Source of the DNA: Octopus sinensis
Lineage: Eukaryota
Assembly (NCBI RefSeq): GCF_006345805.1
Contig: NC_043008.1
Location: 29,016,001 to 29,080,000 of the forward strand
Length of the DNA: 64,000 nt
Direction: 5' to 3'
Made by a program: the position numbers and the translations under genes
In this document: positions 28,290 to 42,469 of the stretch, piece after piece
Numbering within the stretch: the first letter of the stretch is position 1
Layout: each line of letters starts with the position of its first letter
Notes under the pieces: generated by a model
Database searches by the model: none
What the model saw: only the letters and a program-made list of their open reading frames with translations
Told to the model about the DNA's origin: nothing

Positions 28290-28760
28290 AAAAAGATACG
28301 TGGCGTTCGATCATATGAAATTATAAATGATATATAATTATAATCATATATACATACATATATGTACATACCTTCATCTATATGTATATATACATGAATA
28401 TATGTGTACAGGACATCAAAAAAACGTTGAACAAAATGAAAAACTAAAATATAAAAAAGAAACATAGAAAATAACTTTTTTTCGAACAACGAAAACAGAG
28501 AAAAGAGACATACTACATAAAGAATATTCCCCTTATTCAGTTGTTCCAGTTTCCCACACTCAGCGTTAAGAAGGCAAGGTGACTTCGTTGAAAAATCCGT
28601 TCCCGCAAAGCAAATTAAATAAAATTTGGGATATTTTGCGGAGGGTGGAAGTGGTAACAAGAACAGGACAGTAAGAACAAAACAGTGAAAACAAACAGGG
28701 AGGGCTGTGAAATCAAGACGATAGAAAAATTATCATGAACGCTAGGAAGACGACCTTATG
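28290..28760. repeat. Repeat family R copy
   Basis: Diverged direct repeat of 29030-29485. Confidence 0.65.
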
Positions 28761-29029
28761 AAGGAGATAGTAAAAGCACGTTTTGTCTTTACGAAGGTTG
28801 TGGGCAGAAAGATAGATTCTATTTCGTCACGTGTCAGTGACGAGAGAGTCGAGGATGAGGAGTGAGAGAGAGCGAACGGCGAAGTGGAGAGGAAAATAAT
28901 AGGAAAGGGTGGGAGAAAAAAACAAGGAAGGATGAAGAAGGAGAGAGGGAGACAGATAGACAGAGATGAGATAGCAACTATAGAAGATTGGGCATCGTAA
29001 TTATTAAGATGAAATTTACTTGCGAAAGG

Positions 29030-29485
29030 ATGCGTAACGTTCGATCATATAATAGTTTGAATAATATATAAACATATGCATATATCCATACACATATGTA
29101 CATACATGCATATATAGGTATATATAATATATATATATATATATATACATGCATATATGGGTCAGGGCATCAAACAACGTTTAATACAATGAAAAACGAA
29201 AACATTAAAGCAAAAACATAGAAACGAACTATTTTTCGAACAACGAAAAAAACAGAGAAACGAGACATCCAATATAAAGGATATTTCCCTTCTTCTGTTG
29301 GAAAGCAAGGACAAAACGCGACTTCGTTGAAATAGTCATTCCCGCAAGGCAAATTATATGAATTTGGGATTTTTTGAGGAGGATGAAAGTGGTAACAAGA
29401 ACAGAACAGTGAGAAGAAAACAGGAAAAACAAAAGGTGAGCGCTGTTTAGTGAAGACGATATAAAAATCATTATGAACGCTAGGA
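29030..29485. repeat. Repeat family R copy
   Basis: Diverged direct repeat of 28290-28760; both end ATGAACGCTAGGAAGACGA. Confidence 0.65.
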
Positions 29486-29499
29486 AGACGAGCTTATAT

Positions 29500-29615
29500 A
29501 TATATATATAGCTTTGGTCGGACCGAGGATATAGTAGAAGACACAAGAAGACATGCAGTGGGACTCAACCCGGAACCATGTGGTTGGGATGGAATCTTCT
29601 TACCACTCAGTCAAG
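29500..29615 (-). mobile_element. SINE family A head fragment
   Basis: GTGGGACTCAACCCGGAACCATGTGGTTGG and central-domain remnants on the plus strand. Confidence 0.65.
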
Positions 29616-29675
29616 ACCGAATATATGTTTTTATAGTTTTTGTTTGAAATATATATATACATAAATATAGATATT

Positions 29676-29915
29676 TGGCTCTGTGGTAAGTAGCTTACTT
29701 ACCAACCACGTTTCCTAGTTCAGTGCCATTGCGTGTCACCTTGGGGAAGTGTCTTCTTCTTTAGCCGTAACTTAGCCGTTTGGCTAAAGGGAACAATACA
29801 TTAAGTACCAGGCTTACAAAGAATAAACCCTGGGGTCGATGTTTTCGACTAAAGGCGGTGCTCCAGCATGACTTCAGTCAATAACTGAAACAAGTGAAAA
29901 AGCAAAAGAATAAAA
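29676..29915 (+). mobile_element. SINE family A, internally deleted
   Basis: Head TGGCTCTGTGGTAAGTAGC joined to the tail (TAAAGGCGGTGCTCCAGCATG). Confidence 0.8.
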
Positions 29916-29929
29916 GAATATATACACAC

Positions 29930-30029
<100 letters not shown>

Positions 30030-30399
30030 CATATTGAACAATAGTGAGCATAAAAAAGAAAAACTCAGTGGCTAGTGGCATGATTAAAGTATTCTACGTA
30101 TACATTAAGGGAACTGTACACATACATGTGCCTTTCTGTGATTGTGTGTTTTTGTGTGGTTATATGTGCATTATTGCATTCGTGTCATATTTTATATACC
30201 TATACATATGCATTCTATTTTTCCGTGAGAACAAAACGTTTAACATAAGTGTATTTAAATTTATATACATGTGTGTGTGGGTGTATGTATGTATATTTGT
30301 GTTCATTATCTTCTAAATCTTAAAATCTTGTAAGTATTTACCGTACCACATATTTTGATAAAGTTTTGTATATAAATTAAGGAGTTGAATTTCCTCCCC

Positions 30400-31290
30400 A
30401 AGGACAACATTTCAGACAGGTTGGTAATTATGGCGTTGCATCAATAATATTTGGATAAACGCAACTCTTTGTACAAACTCTTTGTATGCGGTTCGTAGAT
30501 GTTCCATCCAGTATATTTCTGACTAGCTAACTCTCTAGAGGTAGCTAATATTTACAGCAGAGCATATTTTTTCTATCAGTGTACAGAACAGTATTTAGCC
30601 AGTTTTGTTTCAAATTGGTGGCTGTTCTAATTTTAAATTCTACTTATATTCTTTTGTTCCCTGAAACTCAATATATAATAAAACTTGTCTGCCGGTATAT
30701 CCGTTTCCCTCGTCCTGTTCCAGATCGTTCTGGTCATTGCATCATGTCTCAATTAAGTAATTGGAAAGCATTTTTTCTCAGATTTTTTCCCAGTTTAGCA
30801 CAGCCTAGATTTTTGTTCGTCAATGTTCGTTGCCCCTTATGCTGGGGAGGTGTTGATGGGGATCCCATTTTCTTGAATTGTATGGAGGTAGCCTTCAATT
30901 TGGGGTGTGATAATCTTGTTTGCGAACGATTCTTGGACAGAAATCTGCATCCACTACTTTTTATACTTCTACTCATGTTCATTAGCTATCCTAATGATGG
31001 TATTGTTTCCATGCTCTCCAAACTGGGCAAGTAAGTTGCTGGAATTCTTTTCTTTTTTGTGGATGTTGCTGCAGCCTTACACCATGTGATTCATATAATA
31101 TTCATACAAATCTCTGAGTGTGGTCCCCAATATTCATTCGGATGTATACCCTGCTAAATTTCCATTGATGCTTGAGTGTTTTCAAATATACAAAGTAACT
31201 TTTGAGTCCGTATGTCTATCTCAGTGAATGTTTAATTCTGATTGATAGAGTTGAGTATAAATAATTCTTCCATGAAGTAAACTGTATTGC
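30400..31290 (-). mobile_element. Highly decayed Penelope-like fragment
   Basis: Minus strand gives ILNSINQN*TFTEI near 31200-31255, resembling the PLE RT C-terminus; many stops. Confidence 0.4.
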
Positions 31291-31415
31291 TACGAACCTG
31301 CTGACGAAAGCGAAATTTATTTTGCTTGAGATATCGCTTTTTAGAAATACTTTAACCTATACATGTATCATAATTAACATGTCTGTATATTCTCGCTCTT
31401 GCCTCTCTCTCTCTC

Positions 31416-31450
<35 letters not shown>

Positions 31451-31514
31451 AAGAAAGAGAGATAGAATGAGGGTGATAATACATACATATATAAATACAC
31501 ACACACACACACAT

Positions 31515-31579
<65 letters not shown>

Positions 31580-31751
31580 AAGGTATTTTTAACATGAATT
31601 GTCTGCTTTTAGATGATCATACATGAAAGTATATTATCAGCATTTGAAGCTCACTAAGATTGTGTTATCGCTGCCTATACGAATTGTATATATACTTCCA
31701 TAAACGCTCACACACACGTACACACACACGTACACACACACACGCACACAA

Positions 31752-31782
<31 letters not shown>

Positions 31783-33749
31783 CTCACACACACATTTAGG
31801 TATTGCAATATCTGAAAAACCGTCATTTGAATCGCATCGATCTGAAGAATGCTCTATTTATCATGAGACTTAAAGTCATGGAAAAGTAATAATATTTATC
31901 AGTTAATATTTTCTCAGATGTCTTACACGGTTCCTTAGAGCAGGGTAATAAATGCAACTTCTTTGAAGAGTCATGCGTTTGGAAGTCAGTAGATGATAAT
32001 TGCGGAGGACAGGAAGTGGAAATGTTACTCTTTATTGATTATACAATTTAAATGTTTAACTTATTGTTCCCATATCTCTAAGATCAATTTTGGAGATATC
32101 GTTTTTAATGTGTTCTATAATAATGTTAGCTATCATGTATGTGCTACCTACTAATAATACATGAAACGGTTGTAGCGCAATATCTTTTTCTTTCTCCCTC
32201 TCTCCTTCTCTCTCTTGCTGTTCCTCAGTCACTCATTATCTCTCTGTCTCTTTCCCTCTCCCTCTCTGAAACGATTATCTAGAAATTCCTGATGCTAAGT
32301 CATTCACTGCTAGTGAACAAATCGTATGAGATTTAAAATCATTTCGTATGTATTGCAATTGCTAAACAGAAAATATTAAAGCGCTAGCTTGCAAAATGGC
32401 CACAGATTCCATTGCAAACAAATATGAAAGAAATACCATCTATCAACTCTATATGTTAGTATGGGATTTTCAAGTGTGAGATAAGATTTCGTTTTCCATT
32501 GTATTATTAGTAAATATTTAAAGGCAGAGCAAAGCAGATATGCGATACTCGCAATTTTTGTTAAGCACCCAAGTATTAGTAATGTATACAGGCGTCGATT
32601 AAACAAATGACGCTTTACTTTCCTTATAATAGTCACCCATATGTTGATTCTGTTTCATTGTATATCAATACTACATACTACAATAGAAAACATATATTTC
32701 AATGGAGATAGCTAATAAATATATTATCTAATTATACGGATACTAATGCATATTAATTATATTATTTCAATTAAAATTTTACTTCCCCACTTTTCAATAG
32801 GCGGGCTGTATAGTTACACTGTTATTGCCTTTGCCGCGAGATCATTCATTTTGCTATGTAACAAATGACGTTATACACCTCATTATAACTATCATCACAT
32901 ATATACACGATACCAAATGAGCTGAGATGGAAATATATTCGTACAGTTATTCTAATTTCATATAATATTCATATATAAAATACATATGAAATAAATTTTT
33001 TAAAATAATTCTCTTCACATCTATTAACTAATGGTTGATAATATTTATTGCCACTACATAATACTAACTAGAATGACACTCACTCCCACTGAAAATAACA
33101 TTGCTTTATAAAACTCAAGAAATGCGATGAGTAATATAAATAAACGTTTTCATTTTCCTAGAAGATAATATTCTTTTGTTAGATAGGCTTTTAATATCAT
33201 TCCATAAGACTTATTTATTATAGACATTCTGTCGCATATAGGTTTATTACAAATGTTCTACCATTTAATGTCACTATATAATTTGGCTTTCATACTTTCG
33301 TATCTTGGCAATAAACTGAGTGTGTGCGCAGGACGATACGACTGTGTAAGTGGATCGTTGCACGGATAAACGCTTGTGTTTTACATAAGAGATATTAAAA
33401 TGAACGCTTCAAATGAGAAGTATTGGCAGAAATGTGAATTGTGCATAGGCAGAATTACATTTTTATGAGGTATTAAATATCTTGCTGACCATATAGATAT
33501 CAACTTTATTTCAAACTGGAAATTTGTGATAATGTTTAATTTTAATGTCAGCGAATTCTTGATATGTTGTGGCTTCATTGTCATTGGGCTTACCTTTCCC
33601 CAAAAACCTTATATTTATTTAGATAAACACAAATAGTGTTATATTTTTACTTGTTCCAGCCACTGGGCAGTAGTAATGCTAATGTACTTCCTTGAAAGAT
33701 TTTAGAATCTAAAATTTAGATGTACAAATCGATCCTTTTACATATTCTT

Positions 33750-34025
33750 AAGTCTGGTACGTAAGCTATCAGTGTCTTATTCGCTGCTGAGTTACGTGAA
33801 CGGTAACAAACAGACATCGGTCGTCAAGTAGTACTGTAGTTAGACATAGGAAGTAAGGCGCTCAGATATACATTGTATGGGCTCTCACAATAGTTTTAGC
33901 TTTCAAATTCACTCAATATATTGGACAGCTTGGGGCTTCAACAGAAGTCACTATCCAAGGTAACACGCAATGTGACTGAGCCCAAAACCTCGTGCTTGCA
34001 AAGCAAACTTCTTAGCCAAGCAGAA
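33750..34025 (-). mobile_element. Old SINE family A-related remnant
   Basis: Degenerate head and tail motifs (ACATCGGTCGTCAAG, GACTGAGCCCAAAACC). Confidence 0.45.
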
Positions 34026-34379
34026 AAATATATGTGTGTGTATGTGTGCGAGTATGTAGACATATATATATATATATAAGATTTACGGAATGGAGTATGG
34101 GAAATCCGGCTACATATCTTTCATAGCGTGTGAAAACTCAGAAGTGGTAAAATCCAAGTGAGGTTTATACCACCAGGTACTCTCCAGGTCAAGGATATCT
34201 TGATTAGATTAAAGGCTACGTTATCGCTAGGAGGCACTTGTTGACGCAAAGATTCAAACAGAATATGTGGAGGGCACGGTATGTGAGGAGTATATAAGTG
34301 AGGGGAGAAATAAGAAATAGAAGGGAATATACAAGAGAAAGAAAAGATATATATAAATTAAAATAAAATAAAAAATCGA

Positions 34380-37250
34380 CGTTGATGTATCAAGACTGAC
34401 GACGAACGAATACTCGAGAACTTGGCTAACATAATTTATCCAGAAGGAAACAAAACATTTGGATTTGAAATAACAAGAGATGGAAAATCATTGGCAAAGG
34501 GCGGACCATCGCAGAGAGAAAAACGGAACGCAAAGATGTGACAAAAGAAAAAAATAAAAACCAGAAGGAATGCAAAGGAGGGTGAAAGTGAAAGAAGAAA
34601 ACAATTACTTGAAGAACTAAAAAAGAGGCATCGAGACCAACTAAGAAAGGAAAGAAGGAAGAACAGAAAACATGAAAATAGGAAAGAACTATCGTAGTTT
34701 TGTAAACAACCCATATCAATATGCTAAACGTTTGTTTACTGAAAGTAAGAGCGGAAGATTAGATTGCGCTAAAGAAGATCCCGAGCGTCATCTTAAAGAA
34801 GCCTACAGCGACGTTGATAGTGATAAAATACTGACGGAAATGCTCGGGCTAAAGACACCACCAGAAGCAAGAGTACCATTCGATTTGAGTGATATTAGAT
34901 AGTAAGAAATTGATGCGTTCATTAGAAAAGCAAGAGGGAAAAGTTCACCAGTAAACGACGGAGTTAGCTACAAGTTTTATAATTATTACCCCGAAATTGT
35001 GTTTACGACTATTTGCATTGATAGTGAAATGTAGAAGAAAGATATAGCAGAGCAATGGCGTATAGCTGAAGGTATCTATTTACCTAAAGGGAGGAGGGCA
35101 AAAATAGTAAGGCAATTCTGACCCATTTCACTGATAAACATCGATGGGAAGATCATGTTTTGAATTATTGCCAGGCGAATCTTATGATTTTTTAAAGCAT
35201 AACGGATATGATATTGAAGCAATCCAGAAGGTGGTATCCCTGGAATCCCTGGATGCATATAAAATACATTTGCCATATGGGAAGCTGCCAGATTTACAAA
35301 ACAAACGAAGAAAAAACTCTGTACATTGTATGGCTAGATCTTGCCACTGCAAATGGATCTTTTCCACACGCATTAATTCAAGCAGCTATGGACTTCTTTT
35401 GCATTCCAGATGTTCAACGAATGCTTACTTGTTACTAGGATAAATTGAGGACAATATTTACAGCAGGAAAGTTCACAACGGGATGGTAACGGCTAGAAGT
35501 AGGTATTGCACCTGAGAGCACGATATCAGTCACCTTTTTGTGCTAATCATGGAGATGGTACTAAGATCAACAAACTGTGAGAAATCTGTTACAAATACAC
35601 CATTAAGAAATTTTATGGACAACATTTCTGTATTGTCAGAAAGTGGAGAAGCAGCAGTTGCAACGTTAAAGCGGCTGAACAAACTAATAGGATGAGTGAG
35701 AATGAAATTCAAAGCCAAGAAATCCCGAAGTTTGGCATTCGTGAAAGGAGTCCAAAAAAAGAAAAGAGAGAAGTTCAGGATATGAGGCGAAGAATTACCA
35801 ACGGTGAAAGAACGACTAGTAAAATACATCGGCAGATGGTTAAGAGATTTATTAAATAATAAGAAACAAGGCAAAAAAAAAAAACACGATTTACTGGAAT
35901 GTGGACTAAGGCAATTGACAGAACAAAAGTACCGGAGAAATTCAAATGCTGGATACTGCAGTTTGGACTGTACCCAAGGAAAATGTGGACACTGCAAATG
36001 TATGATATAGCTTTGAGTAGAGTAGAAAGAATGGAAGAAAAATGCAGTGTGTTTATCAGAAAATGTCTTGGTCTTCTAAAACCACTGAATACCACTGAAC
36101 TATATGGAAAAACTGTGCTGCAACTACCGATAACATCAACCGTCAAAGAATATAAGGCAAGAAAGGCGAGGACAGTAATGATGCTAAGGTATTCGAAAAC
36201 TTAGACCAGTCGAGAAACTCCACCGCAAATGTACGAACAGGGAGGAAATCGAAAGCGGAAGAAGCGGTGAATAGCGTGATCGGAAAGGCGAAATAGTCGG
36301 AGCGACGAGAAAAGCAAGAGCCGGTCCAGGGTTGCACAGTTTCAAACCATTTTGCATGAGCAGTGTAAAAGAAATGAAGAAGGCAGTGCTACACGAAGTG
36401 AGAAAGGAGAGAAAAGAAAGGCGAAATGTACATTTGGTGCAATGTAATCAAGAGGAACAGTAACTGAGATGGGAGGAATATGAGGTCAGTCGCAGAATCT
36501 CATGGAAAGAACTTTAGACTTGGCAACAAGCAAGACCATCCTTCCTGATCTAATCTATCTTCGACGCTTTGCCTTCAGTGACCAATTTAGTCCGGTGGAA
36601 CATACAAACGCCGGATGAATGTAGATGCAGAGAGAAAGCGACGGTGAGACATGTTCTGTGAAACTGCAAACTAGTACTAATCAGATATACATGGCCTCAC
36701 AATCAGGTCCTCGGTGTCATGAGTGCAGCAATCAAGGTGAAAGTGGAAAAGCGCGGGAGGATATACTTCCAGAAGGGGGGAAAAGGACATAAGACTAAAC
36801 CGCCAAAAACAGTATGCGAGACAGACGAAACTTGGAAGGGATACTGGGAGCTGGCCACGAGTTTGGAAAGACTATTAATATTTCCACTCTAAAAACAACA
36901 AAAATCAAAACAAACTTAATCCTCTGGAACACAGAACGAAATATTGGAACTTTTCAAGAGCTGATAGTGCCATGGGAAGAGAATATCGCTAATGCAGAGC
37001 AACATAATGGGAATATTAATCGAAGAGTGTAGTGAATAGGGGGTGGACTGTCGAATATTGCCACCCAATAGTGCGGGCTAGATGCTTCATTGAAAGGGAA
37101 ATGGCAACGTTATTTAAAAAAAGGTTTGCATTTTCGAGCTCAGATCTGAGACATGTAATAAGGAGGTAATAAGGCAGTTATCAAAGCAAGCTTCTATATA
37201 TGGCTGCAGCGATATCCTAAAAACACGAAAGCCACAACATGCCGATTCAG
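34380..37250 (+). mobile_element. Decayed HERO/NeSL-type (R2 superfamily) non-LTR retrotransposon with RT and restriction-like endonuclease
   Basis: Motifs PISLINIDGKIMF, WLDLATANGSFPH, FMDNIS, FKCWILQFGLYPRKMWTLQMY, zinc knuckle remnant DECRCREKATVRHVL, YTWPHNQVL and NLILW..QELIVPWEE; many stops and frameshifts. Confidence 0.8.
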
Positions 37251-37259
37251 AAATAGCGC

Positions 37260-37800
37260 CGCTAGGTGAGGTTGGCTAGCACATAAGCAATGTTGCTGCT
37301 TGACAGGTGGTCCAAGGGAACCATCTCGTTCATTGTACACCCTCCTCTCCGATATTTCGAAGGCTTGTACAACCGGACAGCTAGTCGGCTCGGTCTGCTG
37401 GAACTGAAACTAACACGACTCTGTTGGAAGATAAATCTAGAGAGGGCGTGAGTCAAAACTACGTGCCCTTCCTCTCTATACGTCATTCTGAAGTTTAGAT
37501 TGTGTCATGTGACAGTTGGGTGGCGATGGTTGCAGGAGCTTACCGGCGAGTATTTAAAGTGAAATCTAGGAGGGCGGTCGTATGCCCACTGACAATCGTT
37601 GACGCTGCAATGAAGAAACCAAAGGACAAAAAGGCCAAAGGAAAAAGAAAAGAAACGCACTCAACACCAGAGCAGAAGAGACCTCCGAAAGGGGCGGGGC
37701 CCGCCACGTCGAAAACGGTAGAGGAGTAGGGACAGAAACCGGACGTAGGTCCTCCTGATGATATCCTTAGCTACTGGATCCTATGAAGGAACTGTTGAGA
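37260..37800 (+). mobile_element. Possible decayed LINE ORF1 fragment (Tx1-like)
   Basis: VAGAYRRVFKVKSRRAVVCP resembles a decayed CCHC knuckle and is followed by a K/R-rich tail. Confidence 0.3.
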
Positions 37801-38638
37801 TAGCGAACCATGAAATGTGGCTGCAATTCCTTCTATAGGGGAGTGAGAGAAAGGAGCAATTGGACAGGTCGGTGTTAGAGAATATAGTAGTTTTAGCTTA
37901 ATTACAGAATTCCGTAACGGGATTGGTATTTGAATAGAAGAGAAATTGGATGGGAGATGGTGGGGAAATATTTTCGGTCATGTGGTCAAAATGAAAGTAT
38001 GTATGAATAAAATAAGTTAGGGTGGCGATATTTAAACACGGCTAGTGGTTTAATGCTTCAAAATGCGTAAATTAGTAGGGAAAATGAAAAAAAACGAAAG
38101 AAGCGGTGAATGTGTATGCTAGAGTATGTATTTGTACGTTTACGGGTGGAGGGCGTAGGTGGTGGGACCAAGTAAAACTATAAGGAGAGGAGAATATTTT
38201 AGGTAGTAATTAAAAATACGGATAGAAAGTTGTAATTAACGAGTAAGGATTTAACAAGGGAGAAAAATATTGTTGGTGGAATAAGCTGTGGTAATGAGGA
38301 TGGATGAGTGGGAAGAGAATATATGAGAGATATGAGACACATACATATACGCACGCATGCACACACACACACACACACACACCTATATATATATAATATA
38401 TACAGGTACGCATAAATGTATGCATGTATATAGAAGAAACTAGTCCGTTAGAACATCTCTGCTCGTGATAGAAGCAGTATACGAACCAAAGCGTTATGGC
38501 TTGTGGGCCTCTAAGCCAAAGTGGTGGGTGTTATCTCCCGCTTGCAATTACGTTGCGCACTGAATTGCGGACTGAATATAACGTAAATTGCATACTGAAT
38601 AAACCAGCGGGAGGAGATTCTTCCGTGGGTTAAGTGGC

Positions 38639-38719
38639 ATTATTGTCGTCTCTTAGAGGATAGTCACATTAAAGTGATTCATATATATATATATATATAT
38701 AATATATATATATAATTCG

Positions 38720-38777
<58 letters not shown>

Positions 38778-38840
38778 CGTCATATATATATATATTATGA
38801 ATCACTTTAATGTGACTATCCTCTAAGAGACAACAATAAT
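38639..38840. repeat. Inverted repeat with 44-bp arms around a (TA)n loop
   Basis: 38639-38682 is the reverse complement of 38797-38840 with about 1 mismatch. Confidence 0.9.
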
Positions 38841-38914
38841 TTTTGTGGAGAATGGCGATTTGACGTCTACATCTAGCATGTTGACTGTCCACTTTTCGTG
38901 TTCAGTCCTTAATT

Positions 38915-38949
<35 letters not shown>

Positions 38950-39140
38950 TTAGAGATAAAACCACTATTTGGGAAATCAAACAATGAAAAACATAAGTCA
39001 AAACCTAGAAATAAAATTTATTAATATAACATACAAAATATATAAAATATAAAATTCAAAATTTAAATTATTTGAATTAAAATTTAAATTAAAAGAAAAA
39101 AAATTTAATTATGAATTTATACTTATAAATTTATATATAC

Positions 39141-39550
39141 TCTCTTTTTTACTTTTTTACTTGTTTCAGTCATTTGACTGCGGCCATGCTGGAGCACCGC
39201 CTTTAATCGAGCAACTCGACCCCGGGACTTATTCTTTGTAAGCCCAGTACTTATTCTATCGGTCTCTTTTGCCGAACCGATAAGTAACGGGGACATAAAC
39301 ACACCAGCATCGATTGTCAAGCAATGCTAGTGGGACAAACACAGACACACACATACATACACGCACACATATATATATACATATATACGACGGGCATCTT
39401 TCAGTTTCCGCCTACCAAATCCACGCACAAGGCTTTGGTCGGCCCGAGGCTATAGTAGAAGGCACTTGCCCAACATGCCACGCAGTGAGACTGAACCTGG
39501 AACCATGTGGTTGGTAAACAAGCTACTTACCACACAGCCACTCCTGCGCC
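39141..39550 (-). mobile_element. SINE family A, full length
   Basis: Reverse complement of the canonical copy, ending CCACTCCTGCGCC at 39550. Confidence 0.9.
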
Positions 39551-39586
<36 letters not shown>

Positions 39587-40579
39587 AATATATATATATA
39601 TACACAAATATATATATATATACACAAATATATATATATATATTTATAATTTTTTTATTGTTATCATTTTATTTTTTTTTTTTTAATATTAATTTTTTTA
39701 TTTGTGTATGTGTGTGTTTGGATGTGTGTAAGTGAGTGTAGAAAGAGAGACAGAGAAAGACAGTCGGACAGATTGATTGCTATTGTATATCAAAAGGACA
39801 AACAGCTTTGCAAATGCCCCTTTTTCACTACTTCACGATAATGACGGTCTAGTGAACACTACCTATGTAGAGAAAACTCGAAAATATTGCCTGCTGTACA
39901 TGCAATTACACAAAAAACACTTTATACAAACATGTTCCGATGCTATTTCCTTTCTTCTTTCAACAAGTTAGCAAATGTGGAGGAATTACTTCGATCACTT
40001 CAAACCAATAATGACATCCGTTTCGACAGTGTGCTTTCTATTACATCAACCATTGGCTTATGCTCACCACCCGCTTTAACATGTTCCTGTGTAGAGACTT
40101 TAGATGACCTTTGGAGAATTCCTACAGTGTACTATGTATACAAGAAATATAATTCGTCATATCTTGCTAATTCTGACACACTCCAACAACTTCAGATTCT
40201 TTCTATCTCTGTCTAATGGCAATTACTAAACGTTCCAGATTCATTGGGATCTTTATCACAGCAACTCAGATCTAGAGATTTCAAAATAATTGCAGTTCTC
40301 GGCTAAGAGGAACTGTTGTAGGGAAAAAATGAAATGTAATCTTCAAATAATTTGGACGGCATTCCGTCGACTGCTCTTTCTCTTCCCGCCCAGATCACAT
40401 GAGTAAACGCTAAAGGAGTATTACTCTCAATTCTGGGATGATTTTGAAGCAGTTCACTCGCACATAATAGATCGTATGCAGAAAAATGTTCACTTTATGA
40501 ACATAAAGTCATTGCAAAATCATTGCAAAATATGCTCCACTCTCTGATAATCTTATCCGATTCTATCATTTAAAATTTA

Positions 40580-40975
40580 GGCACAGGAGTGGCTGTATGA
40601 TATGTACGCTGCTTACCAACCACACGGTTCCAGGTTCAGTCCCAATGCATGGAACCAGGGGAAAGTGTCTTTTTCTATAACCTCGGGCCGATCAAAGCCT
40701 TGTGAGTGGATTTGGTAGACGGAAGGTAAAAAAAGCCCGTAGTATATATAGATATATGGGTGTGAGCGTGTGTGTTTATATGTCTGTGTTTGTCCCCTAC
40801 TATCGCTTCACAACCGATATTAGTGTGTTCACGTCCCCGTACCATAGCGGTTCGACAAAAGAGACAGATAGAATAAGTACTAGGCTTACAAAAAATAAGT
40901 CCTTGGGTCGATTTCCTTGACTAAAGTCGGTGATCCAGCATGGCCGCAGTCAAATTACTGAAACAATTAATAAAA
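40580..40975 (+). mobile_element. SINE family A, full length, diverged
   Basis: GGCACAGGAGTGGCTG head and canonical tail. Confidence 0.85.
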
Positions 40976-42256
40976 GAAAGAATATATTATAATATTTAAT
41001 GTTTTCTCTGTTTCCACATCAAAGTTTATTTTCCACTATTTCATAGTTATGCTTGGTTTTCTGCGTTTTTGTTTTACTTTATTTAATGCTTGTGCTAAGT
41101 GTATCTACGCGGTATCAGCTGCTGAAAGTTTATAGTTTAAAAGGTTAATCCTCCTTGTCCCTTTCTTTCGTTTATTTTTTATTTTTTGTCGTTTGGATTT
41201 TATTTCCGTATTCATTTTAACACCTCAATATATCTCTATTTGCTAACACAGCAATTTCGAAGGTGTATTTTCGCAAAAACTGGAAGCTCTGTTAATATTT
41301 AAAGTTACGTTCTATATATTTTCTCTTGATATTTTACATGAATTTTATAAAATTGATTTTGAGTGTCGCAGAAAAGTCTCCTCATAGAAAATTTCCGCCT
41401 AAACTGCGTGATTTGTGAAGTGACACACAGCATTTACTTGCAATTATTGTCACCTGAGCACTATTGTCATTATAAGTTGTATTTTTTTGGCCATACAGAA
41501 TTGAATTCCTCTACTTTCTTCATGAAAATCAATATACACATTCTTTGTTTAATTTCGATCAATCGTAACAAGTTTAGTGAAAATGCATATTTATTTCACT
41601 TCTCAAATTTGATTTGTATACCAAGTCAACAATGTAACCATAAAATTATTTGAATTTCCTTACACGATTATATCCATTTTCACCTATATAATTTAGTTAC
41701 GCTTTTCATATCATTATGTTACTTTGCAATCGAGAAATATAATTTAATATATATTTTTCTTCTGTTTCATATCTCCAGGCTTTTACTCAATCTCTGTGAG
41801 GGGAAGGACTTCCTATATGCATAAACATGATTAGCATTATCCGTCGATGCATTTAGAATGCTTAGAATGCCTCAACAACAGACTGGCTATTATGAAACTA
41901 CACTGGATTACTGTTTTGATCTGCAATTTACAGTATTACAGAGTAAAGAGCCATCAACGCAAATTCCAGAGAGAAATAATGTTACTCCGAATATAGCTCC
42001 GGTCGCTGACTTCATCAGCTGCGAATAAAGCAATTCTAAAACACAGGGATCATCAAAAATCTAGATAAACTTTATACCGTCTGTATCAACGACTGATGCT
42101 GATATACACACAACATACAATAAGCAGTAGATTATCGTTTGAAATGTAATTTTTTTTTCTTTTCACCTCATGTTATATAATTATCATTTCTTTTGAATAA
42201 GACTTTGTAAAGGGGAATAGGGAATCTAAGAAGTTCACTGTATCTGTCATGCACAG

Positions 42257-42469
42257 ACTGGCCATTGCATCAAAGAGAGAATGTAGCATATTATAATTTT
42301 GGAAGAGATATCAAAAGTTTAACACGAAAATGTAAGCATTCGAAAATTCGGACAACCACCGTGATTGCAAATACATCATGTACTATGACGGAAATAAAAC
42401 TCACTGTGAATAAAGAAGGTATTTATCACATCTTATGTACTGGAATTGTCTGGAAGATATTTCACACAG
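42257..42469 (+). CDS. Weak candidate coding exon (213 nt, phase 1-1; WPLHQRENVAYYNFGRDIK...GIYHILCTGIVWKIFHT)
   Basis: GCACAG acceptor, one open frame, strong CAG/GTAGGT donor. The pyrimidine tract is weak and I recognise no homolog. Confidence 0.28.

Noticed and set aside
31290-31325. CTGACGA-AAGC-GAAA hammerhead-like core
   Set aside because: No stem I or III pairing and no cleavage triplet found.
37750-37800. CTGATGA followed by a TATCC/GGATC hairpin
   Set aside because: Lacks a correctly placed GAAA and stem III.
41985-42030. Minus-strand CTGATGA-AGTC(AGC)GACC hammerhead-like remnant
   Set aside because: GAAA is replaced by GGAG and there is no convincing stem I.
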